Source of the DNA: a virus | Taxonomy: Duplodnaviria > Caudoviricetes | Virus record (IMG/VR): IMGVR_UViG_3300016667_001098 | Span: 1 to 31,184 of that record | Length of the DNA: 31,184 nt | Direction: 5' to 3' (one strand) | Shown here: positions 9,600-17,806 of the stretch, one piece after another | Position numbering within the stretch: position 1 is the stretch's first letter | Layout of the letters: every line of letters starts with the position of its first letter | The notes under the pieces: model-generated | Told to the model about the DNA's origin: nothing | Databases searched by the model: none | Seen by the model: only the letters and a program-made list of their open reading frames with translations | Position numbers and translations under genes: made by a program

Positions 9600-10624
9600 A
9601 TTTTAATTATAAAGCGCTTTCTGAAATATATAATCAGTATATTCTTAATGAAGATGTAGAGCTCTATATAAAAGATAGTGATGATTATATTCATGTTGGT
9701 AGTATCGGTCAAGAATATTATGATAAAGTATTAAAAAGATATATTAATCAAGGATCAACTAGTGGTGTCGAGCAAAGAAAAATAATCGAAGCTAGATTAA
9801 CTGAAGCTAACGGTAATATTAATAATAACGCAAATATATTTCAGAATTATCTATCAGAAGGTAATTTTGATTTAAATGACGCTAATTTTGACGCTTGTGA
9901 GCAGAGAATTTTAGACATGTTAACTAAAAACCAAAGCGGGTTTGTAACAGATATCATTAATGAGACATTTTCTGGTGCTACCGCAGATAATAAGTATTTT
10001 AATGAAGCATGGTTAACAGCTCCTAACGCGCCTACTTTTGGTCGAGCTGGCGCTGGTGAATTATATCTCGCCTTTTTTGGTAACGGTCATAAACCAACAA
10101 AAGGTGATCTCGCTATTAGAGATAGAAATATTGAATTGAAAGGTGCTGAAGGTCGTTTATATAAAACAAATAAAATCACAGATTATTACGATCCACTAGC
10201 GAGAGCAGAAATACCATCTCTAACTGAATTTGCGGAAGTCATTGCGAAAAATTCCGGTACAGAAAAATTAATAAATGATATAGTAACTTTTATTAAAGGT
10301 AATTCAGAAATTTTTGATCAATTATTGTACGAATACAGATATTTTAGAGATCGTAATAAGCTTAGACCGGGTAATATAATAAATTATATAGGTGGTATAG
10401 CTCAACTTTTATCATATAAAAAAGAGCAAGGCTTCGATTCCTTTCTAGCATTTACGCCTGGCCAGTCAGTACGTGTATCTGATGTATATATACAGTTTAT
10501 AGACATGCATAATATTAATACGGTTGAACAGTTATATTCATTAATTTTAAGCTTACCGTCTAAATTTAAGTTTAGTCGTGCAAAAGACGGCGCTGGATTT
10601 CAACTTACAGTTACACCGAAATGA
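9596..10624 (+). CDS. Putative PD-(D/E)XK nuclease-fold protein
   Basis: GAGELYLAFF...KGDLAIRDRNIELKG fits the E...D...ExK pattern; ATGA-coupled on both sides. Confidence 0.55.
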   Translation: MNFNYKALSEIYNQYILNEDVELYIKDSDDYIHVGSIGQEYYDKVLKRYINQGSTSGVEQRKIIEARLTEANGNINNNANIFQNYLSEGNFDLNDANFDACEQRILDMLTKNQSGFVTDIINETFSGATADNKYFNEAWLTAPNAPTFGRAGAGELYLAFFGNGHKPTKGDLAIRDRNIELKGAEGRLYKTNKITDYYDPLARAEIPSLTEFAEVIAKNSGTEKLINDIVTFIKGNSEIFDQLLYEYRYFRDRNKLRPGNIINYIGGIAQLLSYKKEQGFDSFLAFTPGQSVRVSDVYIQFIDMHNINTVEQLYSLILSLPSKFKFSRAKDGAGFQLTVTPK

Positions 10625-11913
10625 AAACATTTAAAGAACACTATTCAGTATTATTAGAATTTTTTGACGCAATTGATGGAGCTGTCAAACATATCGATCA
10701 TCTAGAAGAAAATATTCTTAATAAAGGTAAGCAAGGAGTTAAAGAAGCTTTAGATCAAATACAAGCATCAATTAATTACTTTGTAGATGAATCAGACTAT
10801 GTGATTAGTACTAAGTTTGACGGCGCTCCTGCAATTGTAGCTGGTTTAGACCCTAAGGGTAAATTTTTCGTTGCTAGTAAATCAGCGTTCGCAAAAAATC
10901 CAAAGATAAATTATACAGACGCAGATATAGATCAGAATCATGGCCATGCTCCTGGCTTAGTAGAAAAACTCAAGTTAGCACTAAGATATCTACCATCACT
11001 TAATATGAAAGGCATTTATCAAATGGATTATATGTTTGATAATGAGCTTAAGCGAATGGAATCTCCCACAACAATTGATGGTGTACAAAATGAAAATAGA
11101 TTTATTACATTTCAACCTAATACAATTAAATACGCTGTCGCTCCTGATAGTCCCTATGGCGTAGATATATTAAATGCAAAAATAGGCGTCGCAGCTCATA
11201 TTGAGTATATTATTAAAGATGGTATTTTAAAAGTTAAAAAATATACAACTTCACCTTCTGAATTCTCACCGTCTAAAACAGTATTCTTATTTAACGTACT
11301 TGCTAACAAACCTAAGAATGCAAAATCGCAATTTGGTGATTTACTTGTTAAGGATGTAGCTAAAAAGAAAGCTCATGTTTTAAAATTAGCTGATAAAGTA
11401 GATTTTAGCGCGTTAGATAACTATACAACCCTACTTAAGACATACATTAATACAGAAATTAAATCGGGTAGATTTTTAGAAGATCCAGACATGTCTGCCA
11501 AGGAATTTATTAGTTATATGAGTGAGCGATATAAGAAGGAGATTGACAAGCTTAAGAGCGAAAAAGGTAAGACAAAAAAGACTGAGGAGATGCAAAAAAC
11601 TCTCGCTGAGTTAAAAACTCTTAAATCATCAATCAAGTATGCTTTTGAGATTACACGTGTTGTAGCTAATCTTAAGAATAATCTTATTAAAATCTTTAAT
11701 GAACTAACTCGCAACGACCTACTTGGTACTTATTTAGAAGAAGCTCCTGGTCAATGGCAAACAACTTCTCCAGAAGGATTTGCTCTTTCAAAAGTTGATG
11801 ATGGTAACGCACAAATTACAAAAATGGTAAATAGACAGGAATTTAGTGCTGCTAATTTTGCCTCTGGAAAGCCTGGATCACAACAACCAACACCAGCTGA
11901 TGAAAACATTTAA
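10621..11913 (+). CDS. Ligase-fold (KxDG) nucleotidyltransferase-like protein, DUF6267-like
   Basis: HIDHLEE, STKFDGAPA (motif I KxDG), QMDYMF, PEGFAL (motif IV-like), TKMVNRQEFSAANF (motif V-like). Confidence 0.7.
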   Translation: MKTFKEHYSVLLEFFDAIDGAVKHIDHLEENILNKGKQGVKEALDQIQASINYFVDESDYVISTKFDGAPAIVAGLDPKGKFFVASKSAFAKNPKINYTDADIDQNHGHAPGLVEKLKLALRYLPSLNMKGIYQMDYMFDNELKRMESPTTIDGVQNENRFITFQPNTIKYAVAPDSPYGVDILNAKIGVAAHIEYIIKDGILKVKKYTTSPSEFSPSKTVFLFNVLANKPKNAKSQFGDLLVKDVAKKKAHVLKLADKVDFSALDNYTTLLKTYINTEIKSGRFLEDPDMSAKEFISYMSERYKKEIDKLKSEKGKTKKTEEMQKTLAELKTLKSSIKYAFEITRVVANLKNNLIKIFNELTRNDLLGTYLEEAPGQWQTTSPEGFALSKVDDGNAQITKMVNRQEFSAANFASGKPGSQQPTPADENI

Positions 11914-12499
11914 GCAATTCTTTTTTGAAGAGACAGGTAGGACGGCTGTTATAGCTTACGGGCGTTATAACCCACCTACAATAGGCCATGAAAAACTTAC
12001 CGAGAAAGTTCGTGAAGTAGCTAATAAAGAGAGTGGTGATGCTTTTATTGTCCCATCACATACTGTAGATAATAAAAAGAATCCTCTTAATTTTGATGAA
12101 AAAAGCGAACTACTGCATCATATGGTAGACGGTATGCAAATTCTATCAACAGGAAAAACATTAATTTCCTTACTTCAAGATCTACAAGATAAAGGATATA
12201 CAAACATCATACATGTAGCAGGTAGTGATAGAATACCTGAATTTCAAAAGCTTATTGAAATGTATAATTGCAAAGAGGATAAAAAGGGTGTAATACCTTT
12301 TTGTTTTCAAAGCTATACATTCGAGTCTGCTGGAGAACGAGATCCAGATTCAGACAGTGTTGAAGGTATGAGTGCTTCAAAACTTCGCGAATTAGCTAAG
12401 GCTGGTAACTATGATGAATTCGCTAACGGCACGTCTTCTAAGATACCTGATAAATTAAAGCAGCAGACTTACGAAATAATTAGACAACGTATTAAATAA
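11900..12499 (+). CDS. HIGH-superfamily cytidyltransferase-like nucleotidyltransferase
   Basis: GRYNPPTIGHEKL, KNPL, VAGSDR, SAGERDPD, MSASKLR; likely start ATG 11900 (MKTFKQFF). Confidence 0.88.
   Translation: MKTFKQFFFEETGRTAVIAYGRYNPPTIGHEKLTEKVREVANKESGDAFIVPSHTVDNKKNPLNFDEKSELLHHMVDGMQILSTGKTLISLLQDLQDKGYTNIIHVAGSDRIPEFQKLIEMYNCKEDKKGVIPFCFQSYTFESAGERDPDSDSVEGMSASKLRELAKAGNYDEFANGTSSKIPDKLKQQTYEIIRQRIK
12493..12498 (+). promoter_or_regulatory. Late promoter core TAAATA
   Basis: 5 nt before ATG 12504. Confidence 0.65.
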
Positions 12500-12503
12500 T
12501 ATT

Positions 12504-12926
12504 ATGAGACATCGACCTGAGCTTGATCTGATTGCAGAAGCATATGCAAAAGTTTTAGAGTGTAATGAATGCGGTGGTATAGCTATGCCTAGTATGGTTC
12601 TTCAGGTTGAACCAGAAGATGAAGGCTGTCCATATGCAGCGCAAGGTTGTGACTGTGATGGGTGCTCAGACTGCCAAGATAATCAACACAATCATAGCCC
12701 TGAGGAGACGGAAAATAATTCTTGTAGTGTAGAGTTAACTAAAATTAATAAGATATCTTCTCAGCTTTTAGATCTCCTACAAGGACAATATGATGTAGAG
12801 GATTGGATGATCATTAAAATAGCTCGAGCTACACAATGCTTAGCAGATGTTTTTGATGCATTAGAACCCAATAGCGGGAGCGATATTTATAATATGGGAT
12901 ACGAAAACCAAACAGTTGAATTATAA
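12504..12926 (+). CDS. Cys-rich acidic hypothetical late protein
   Basis: TAAATA 5 nt before ATG; CNECGG and CPYAAQGCDCDGCSDC clusters. Confidence 0.65.
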   Translation: MRHRPELDLIAEAYAKVLECNECGGIAMPSMVLQVEPEDEGCPYAAQGCDCDGCSDCQDNQHNHSPEETENNSCSVELTKINKISSQLLDLLQGQYDVEDWMIIKIARATQCLADVFDALEPNSGSDIYNMGYENQTVEL

Positions 12927-13375
12927 TGTCTAAAGCGTTTAAACATTTTTTTATCGAAAAGACTGTCTTAGGGCTTATTGAGATGTTTCATATCGACGGT
13001 GTGGGTGATGTACCCGCTAAATTAGACTCTGGTAATGGAGCCTATAATGTACTTCATGGTGAAGATATACAAGAACAAGGTAATAAAATATTCTTTAGAA
13101 CCGTAAATGGAAAAACCCTTCTTAAGGATAAGAAGGGTCAAATTACCATTAATGTTGGTGCGGGTAATACAGAAGAAAGGCCTATTGTAGAATTTGATCT
13201 ACGTATAGGTAATAAGGAATTTTTTAACGTTCCATTTTCATTAGGTAATAGGTCAACCAATGTATTTAAAATTTTAGTTGGTAAGACCTTTATTGAAAAA
13301 GAGCTCGATGCTCTTATTGATGTAAGCAAGGAAGATATTGCCGACGAAAATATAGAAGTTGAAGTCAACGACTAA
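12926..13375 (+). CDS. Retropepsin-like (RimK-associated / 'ATP-dependent Zn protease' family) peptidase
   Basis: PAKLDSGNG catalytic motif, EERPIV, FSLGNRS, ILVGKTF. Confidence 0.8.
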   Translation: MSKAFKHFFIEKTVLGLIEMFHIDGVGDVPAKLDSGNGAYNVLHGEDIQEQGNKIFFRTVNGKTLLKDKKGQITINVGAGNTEERPIVEFDLRIGNKEFFNVPFSLGNRSTNVFKILVGKTFIEKELDALIDVSKEDIADENIEVEVND

Positions 13376-13901
13376 ACCAAACTGGTTTATTGCGAGTTGA
13401 CCAAGTAGCAAAGGGCTTATCCATTTGGATATAAGCCCTATACTTATCTACAGCTGACATCTGTTCGAAGTTAACTAATTTACGACAATCACAATCTACA
13501 TTAATTGCAACCGCATAAGGTGTAATACCTGTTTTCGTAATAGTAGTGTTATTTACATTATCACGGCACCACTCGATAAAGGTCTTTGTGAAATGTTCCT
13601 TCGAATTTGGCCATCGAAGCATACGCTCATCGAACATTTCGAGAGCATGATCTACAAGCCACATAAAGTTATCTTTTGATTCACGAGCCCAAATAGAGCA
13701 TACATGTTTAAAATAGCCTTTACCACTTCGTCGTGGTTTGCCTGCTGCAGTTCGTGGCGTTGAAGAGTGATTTAAAATTTCCTGTGGAAAGGCGTGAGCC
13801 AGCATGATCGCGCTTTCAATTTGCATTTTGCTACGAACATGCTGGTCACACAACTCCTGAGCTGCTTTAACAGGATCATTATCAGTTACAAAAATATTCA
13901 T
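13365..13901 (-). CDS. Pyrimidine-dimer DNA glycosylase/endonuclease V-like protein
   Basis: MNIFVTDNDPVKAAQELCDQHV.SKMQIESA, HVCSIWARES..NFMWL, YRAY, R.KPVWF. Confidence 0.75.
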   Translation of the reverse strand: MNIFVTDNDPVKAAQELCDQHVRSKMQIESAIMLAHAFPQEILNHSSTPRTAAGKPRRSGKGYFKHVCSIWARESKDNFMWLVDHALEMFDERMLRWPNSKEHFTKTFIEWCRDNVNNTTITKTGITPYAVAINVDCDCRKLVNFEQMSAVDKYRAYIQMDKPFATWSTRNKPVWFSR

Positions 13902-13922
13902 AACTGAATATATGGAAGTTCC

Positions 13923-14588
13923 TTACTGATTGATACCAACAGCTGCCATATCGATGAACTTATAAAATTCGGTACGCGTCTTTTCATCCTCCATGAAGTC
14001 ACCGGTAAGCTTTGAAGTAATCATATAACAACCATCATGACGAACACCACGAAGACATGCACAAGTATGCCGCGCCTTAACCACTACAGCAACACCACGA
14101 TTGCCCTCGCATACTTGATCAATTGCAACTGCAATTTGCTTTGTTAAGCCTTCCTGAATTTGTGGACGTCGTGCATAGAATTCAACAATGCGGTTGAGCT
14201 TACTGAGACCGATTACCTTACCGTCTAGTGCAGGAATGTAAGCAACATGAGCTACACCAGTAAACGCAAGGTGGTGATGTGAACAAAGAGACTTAACAGG
14301 GATATTACATTGCGCTACAATGCCATCATAGCCATCATTTGGAAATGCAGTTACCTTCGGTGGTGAGTCATAACAGCCTGTAGCAATGTCGTTAACGAAC
14401 GCCTTAGCAACACGCATTGGAGTGTTATCTGAATTAGGGTCGTTCCGCCAATCGAAGCCTAGTGCATCGAGATACTTTTCGTAAGCTTTAGCAGCTTTTT
14501 CAATAATCTTCTGTTTTTCTTTTTCAGTTCGAGGGGCATTGCCATTTGCAAACGGTAGCTTGAAATCTACACCTTTTTGATCTTCCAT
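13923..14588 (-). CDS. folE: GTP cyclohydrolase I
   Basis: [45 protein letters not shown]. Confidence 0.97.
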   Translation of the reverse strand: MEDQKGVDFKLPFANGNAPRTEKEKQKIIEKAAKAYEKYLDALGFDWRNDPNSDNTPMRVAKAFVNDIATGCYDSPPKVTAFPNDGYDGIVAQCNIPVKSLCSHHHLAFTGVAHVAYIPALDGKVIGLSKLNRIVEFYARRPQIQEGLTKQIAVAIDQVCEGNRGVAVVVKARHTCACLRGVRHDGCYMITSKLTGDFMEDEKTRTEFYKFIDMAAVGINQ

Positions 14589-14595
14589 ATGTGTA

Positions 14596-14623
14596 ATTAT
14601 AACTAATATCTTTACTGATTCAA
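14596..14623 (-). promoter_or_regulatory. Sigma70-like promoter (folE)
   Basis: TTGAAT-N16-TATAAT-N7-ATG(14588). Confidence 0.75.
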
Positions 14624-14626
14624 GAC

Positions 14627-14632
14627 TAAATA
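14627..14632 (+). promoter_or_regulatory. Late promoter core TAAATA
   Basis: CTAAATA 9 nt before ATG 14642 at a divergent junction. Confidence 0.65.
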
Positions 14633-14641
14633 TTTTAAATT

Positions 14642-15484
14642 ATGAGAAAATTATCTCAAAAAGAGCTAATTAGTGAAGGTTTCGGCGATTTATTACGTGG
14701 CGCTGTAAAGGCTGCAGCACGTGGCGTGGGGGCAGCTGCTCGTGGAACAGCTAAAGCAATATCACCTACAGCTGCAGGGATTATCGGTAAATCAGTTGAT
14801 ACAATGGGTGGCGCTTTAGCTAATATTCAAAAGTCGGATCCAAAGTCAATGCTTAATCTAGCATTTACTAGATCAGATGCTGCAGTTAATTATCAAGATG
14901 TACAGCTTGGTAAAGAAGTAACTCTACCAAATAAAGACCGTTCAATTGAATTTAAAGCTAATTATATTGATGCTCCACGCTCATATGAAAAGGTGCCTAT
15001 TACTGGACGCGTTATTATGAGAAGAAGAGGAGATAGTGGAGTCGCAGCTGATGAATGGAAAATTATTGAGATTCAAGACGCGAATCACAAGAAGCTAACT
15101 ATCCCAAATTCAATGAAGAATGAAGTGTATGCATCAGCTGATACTGAACAACCACAGCAAACTCCTACTACTACGCAAAACACTGACGAGGCGACAACCT
15201 CTAATTTTAAGGACAAACTCAATAATTTTAAAGCAAAAATTAAAGAACCTGGTATAGGTTATTCGCAATTAACTGTCAATGAATTTGTAAGAGAGTTAGC
15301 TAAAAAAGCTGGTAATACAACTTGGTCAAAAAACTTACCATCAAAAATTAGTAAAATTAAAAATAATAATAAGAATTGGTCAAATGCTGAGTTACAACAA
15401 CTAGCTACCAACCTATTACAAGCTGGCATTTTAAAAGAAAGTCAAAAAAACCTGCTAAATCACTTGCAATCGATTTCTAAATAG
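14642..15484 (+). CDS. Hypothetical late protein, possible internal/ejection protein
   Basis: TAAATA 9 nt before ATG; N-terminus MRKLSQKELISEG then Ala/Gly-rich amphipathic segment; Gln/Thr linker. Confidence 0.65.
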   Translation: MRKLSQKELISEGFGDLLRGAVKAAARGVGAAARGTAKAISPTAAGIIGKSVDTMGGALANIQKSDPKSMLNLAFTRSDAAVNYQDVQLGKEVTLPNKDRSIEFKANYIDAPRSYEKVPITGRVIMRRRGDSGVAADEWKIIEIQDANHKKLTIPNSMKNEVYASADTEQPQQTPTTTQNTDEATTSNFKDKLNNFKAKIKEPGIGYSQLTVNEFVRELAKKAGNTTWSKNLPSKISKIKNNNKNWSNAELQQLATNLLQAGILKESQKNLLNHLQSISK

Positions 15485-15561
15485 ACTAAATGGACTGTAG
15501 GGACGTAGATGAAACCTAAACCTCTAAGCTCTATAGATCTATATTATATTAATAATTTTAG

Positions 15562-15589
15562 TTGAATCGAATAATTATTAGATTATCAT
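15562..15589 (+). promoter_or_regulatory. Sigma70-like promoter (queD)
   Basis: TTGAAT-N16-TATCAT-N7-ATG(15597). Confidence 0.72.
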
Positions 15590-15596
15590 AATTGAT

Positions 15597-16244
15597 ATGA
15601 AATTCGAATCAACAAAAGTAATTTCTCTAGGCTCGACAGCATTTAGGCAATGGAGAGCTAATCATAGTCATTGTAGTAAAATTCATGGTTACCGTCTTAA
15701 AGCTAAACTCTGGCTTACAGCAGATACTTTAGATGATAAGAATTGGGTCTATGATTTTGGTGGGTTTAAAGAATTAAAGAAAATTTTCGATCAACAGTTT
15801 GATCATACATTTTGTGCAGCAGCTGATGATCCCTCACTTGAAACGTTTAAGACTTTACATCAACAAGGTGTAATTGATCTTCGTGTCATGGAAAAGGGGG
15901 TAGGTATTGAACGTACCGCAGAATGGGTCTTTAATAAGACACAAGAATATCTTCAACTAGTCACTAATGGACGCGTTTCAGTTGAGAAGGTTGAGGTGTG
16001 GGAGCACGAAGATAACAGCGCTATTTGTAGTAAAGTGTCTCAACCGTCTGTTGTAAGTGGTCCACAAATCACTAGTGAAGTTCGTGTTTCTACAACAGAA
16101 CCTATCGTGGTAACAGAGCCTGTAGTTGAGGCGGCCACGGTACCTGAACCAGTAGTTGAGACCCACTCACCAGGTGCCGCACACGTTGGATCAAATGTAT
16201 CACAAGGTAAGGGCAACTGGTTCGCAGGAACTTCATGGGGTTAA
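15597..16244 (+). CDS. queD: 6-carboxytetrahydropterin synthase (QueD/PTPS family) with C-terminal extension
   Basis: HSHCSKIHGY, NWVYDFG, QFDHT, VEVWEHEDNSA. Confidence 0.88.
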   Translation: MKFESTKVISLGSTAFRQWRANHSHCSKIHGYRLKAKLWLTADTLDDKNWVYDFGGFKELKKIFDQQFDHTFCAAADDPSLETFKTLHQQGVIDLRVMEKGVGIERTAEWVFNKTQEYLQLVTNGRVSVEKVEVWEHEDNSAICSKVSQPSVVSGPQITSEVRVSTTEPIVVTEPVVEAATVPEPVVETHSPGAAHVGSNVSQGKGNWFAGTSWG

Positions 16245-16978
16245 GCTTCTAGAACGCTGCAAATATAGCGAAGAATCTTACTTCTAACAATTTCAGAAGT
16301 ACCAAACTTAAAAGCGTGGATATTATTGTCCACGCTTTTTTCTGTATCAAAGCGGGTAAATATATCCTTAAAACCAGACTTAGTGCCGATGTCTGCTTGT
16401 TTACAATCACCGCAGATGATGTACTTACTATCACGACCAAATCGTGTAAGAATAGTTGTTAATTCACCTCTACTTAGGTTCTGTGATTCGTCAACAATAA
16501 CAATTGCGTTGTTAAATGTTAGACCACGAACGAAATTAACAGGAATTGCTTCAATAACACCTTTTTGTTTAAGCATATTGCATGTACTGTCGTTAGACAC
16601 CTCACGCACCTTTTCAATAAGAGGCATTGCGTAGGGAGAGAACTTATCATCAATTTCACCTGGTAGAGAGCCTAAGCTTTTTTCGGCCGATTCAGCAATT
16701 GATCTGATATAAATCAATTTTTCGAATTCTTTATTTTTAATAAGTTCAAGCGCGGAATATACTGCAATATAGGTCTTCATTGTTCCAGCCGGTCCATCAA
16801 CAAAGGCCATTTTTGTGTCTTTATTTTTAATGCAATCGTAAAATTGCTGATGCGCTGGATTAAAATAAAACGGCTTCCTTAGATTGAAATTAAGGAGCCA
16901 GTTGTTATTGAAGGTTTCTTCGAGATCAATATCAGTGATATCAACCTCCCGACGAACACGGGCAGTTTTTTTGCTCAT
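16241..16978 (-). CDS. phoH: PhoH-like ATPase
   Basis: GPAGTMKT, LGSLPG, RGLTF, IVDESQN, LTRFG, GDCKQAD, IVRS. Confidence 0.95.
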   Translation of the reverse strand: MSKKTARVRREVDITDIDLEETFNNNWLLNFNLRKPFYFNPAHQQFYDCIKNKDTKMAFVDGPAGTMKTYIAVYSALELIKNKEFEKLIYIRSIAESAEKSLGSLPGEIDDKFSPYAMPLIEKVREVSNDSTCNMLKQKGVIEAIPVNFVRGLTFNNAIVIVDESQNLSRGELTTILTRFGRDSKYIICGDCKQADIGTKSGFKDIFTRFDTEKSVDNNIHAFKFGTSEIVRSKILRYICSVLEA

Positions 16979-16985
16979 CTGTTAA

Positions 16986-16991
16986 TATTTA
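16986..16991 (-). promoter_or_regulatory. Late promoter core TAAATA (phoH)
   Basis: CTAAATA 7 nt before phoH ATG. Confidence 0.65.
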
Positions 16992-17005
16992 GTCAGCTTA
17001 TTCAG

Positions 17006-17033
17006 TTGAAAGAAGATTATTTGAAGTTACAAT
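17006..17033 (+). promoter_or_regulatory. Sigma70-like promoter (queE)
   Basis: TTGAAA-N16-TACAAT-N6-ATG(17040). Confidence 0.75.
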
Positions 17034-17039
17034 TAACAC

Positions 17040-17798
17040 ATGATTGACTGTGATAAGGAAACGATTTTTTTGAGCGACGATAAAGTCTTCTACACCTGTG
17101 AAGGGGAAGGTGAATATGTTGGCCAACCTTCCGTGTTTATGCGTATGTCTATGTGTAATCTTACTTGTGTAGGATTTGCATCTGAAGACTCACCATATGG
17201 TTGTGATTCCTATATCTCTTGGTCTATTAAGAATAAGATGACCTTTAATGAAATCTTCGCATTAATGGAAGAGATTAATGTTGTAGAAAAGCTTCGTAAC
17301 GGTGCTATCTGGAAGCTTACCGGTGGTGAACCTATGATTAATCAGAAGCAACTACTTAAATTAGTAGGTGAGTTTGTTAACCGTTATAACTTTACACCAC
17401 GAATTGACTTTGAAACTAATGCTACTCTTATGCCAGATGAAGCGTGGGTGACTGAATTTAATGCTACATTTACTACTTCACCAAAGCTTACTACTAACGG
17501 TGACCCAGAAAGTAAAACATATAAGCCGGAAGTGTTAGCTTGGCATGCAGCTAATGGTTCAGGGTTTAAATTTGTAATCAACAGATCAGAAGATATTGAA
17601 GAAATCTGGCGCAAGTATGTAAATGATGATAAAGGTATTAATGTTTCTCGAGATCGTATTTGGTTTATGCCTTGTGCTGGGTCTCGTGCTGAGCATATCG
17701 AGCGCGCTCCAGCTGTAGCTGAATACGCTAAAGCGATGTGTGTCAATTTTAGCCCGCGTCTGCATCTACTAGTCTGGGATAAGGCTCTTCGTGTTTAA
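17040..17798 (+). CDS. queE: 7-carboxy-7-deazaguanine synthase (radical SAM)
   Basis: FYTCEGEG..VGQPSVFMR, CNLTC...CDS, LTGGEP, FETNAT, SPKL, FKFV, FSPRLH. Confidence 0.92.
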   Translation: MIDCDKETIFLSDDKVFYTCEGEGEYVGQPSVFMRMSMCNLTCVGFASEDSPYGCDSYISWSIKNKMTFNEIFALMEEINVVEKLRNGAIWKLTGGEPMINQKQLLKLVGEFVNRYNFTPRIDFETNATLMPDEAWVTEFNATFTTSPKLTTNGDPESKTYKPEVLAWHAANGSGFKFVINRSEDIEEIWRKYVNDDKGINVSRDRIWFMPCAGSRAEHIERAPAVAEYAKAMCVNFSPRLHLLVWDKALRV

Positions 17799-17801
17799 AT
17801 A
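17796..17801 (+). promoter_or_regulatory. Late promoter core TAAATA
   Basis: 5 nt before ATG 17807; includes queE stop. Confidence 0.6.
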
Positions 17802-17806
17802 TATAT

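Noticed and set aside
15495-15545. preQ1 riboswitch upstream of queD
   Set aside because: Only a 4-bp TAGG/CCTA stem; no preQ1-I loop or A-rich tail, and it lies upstream of the predicted queD promoter.
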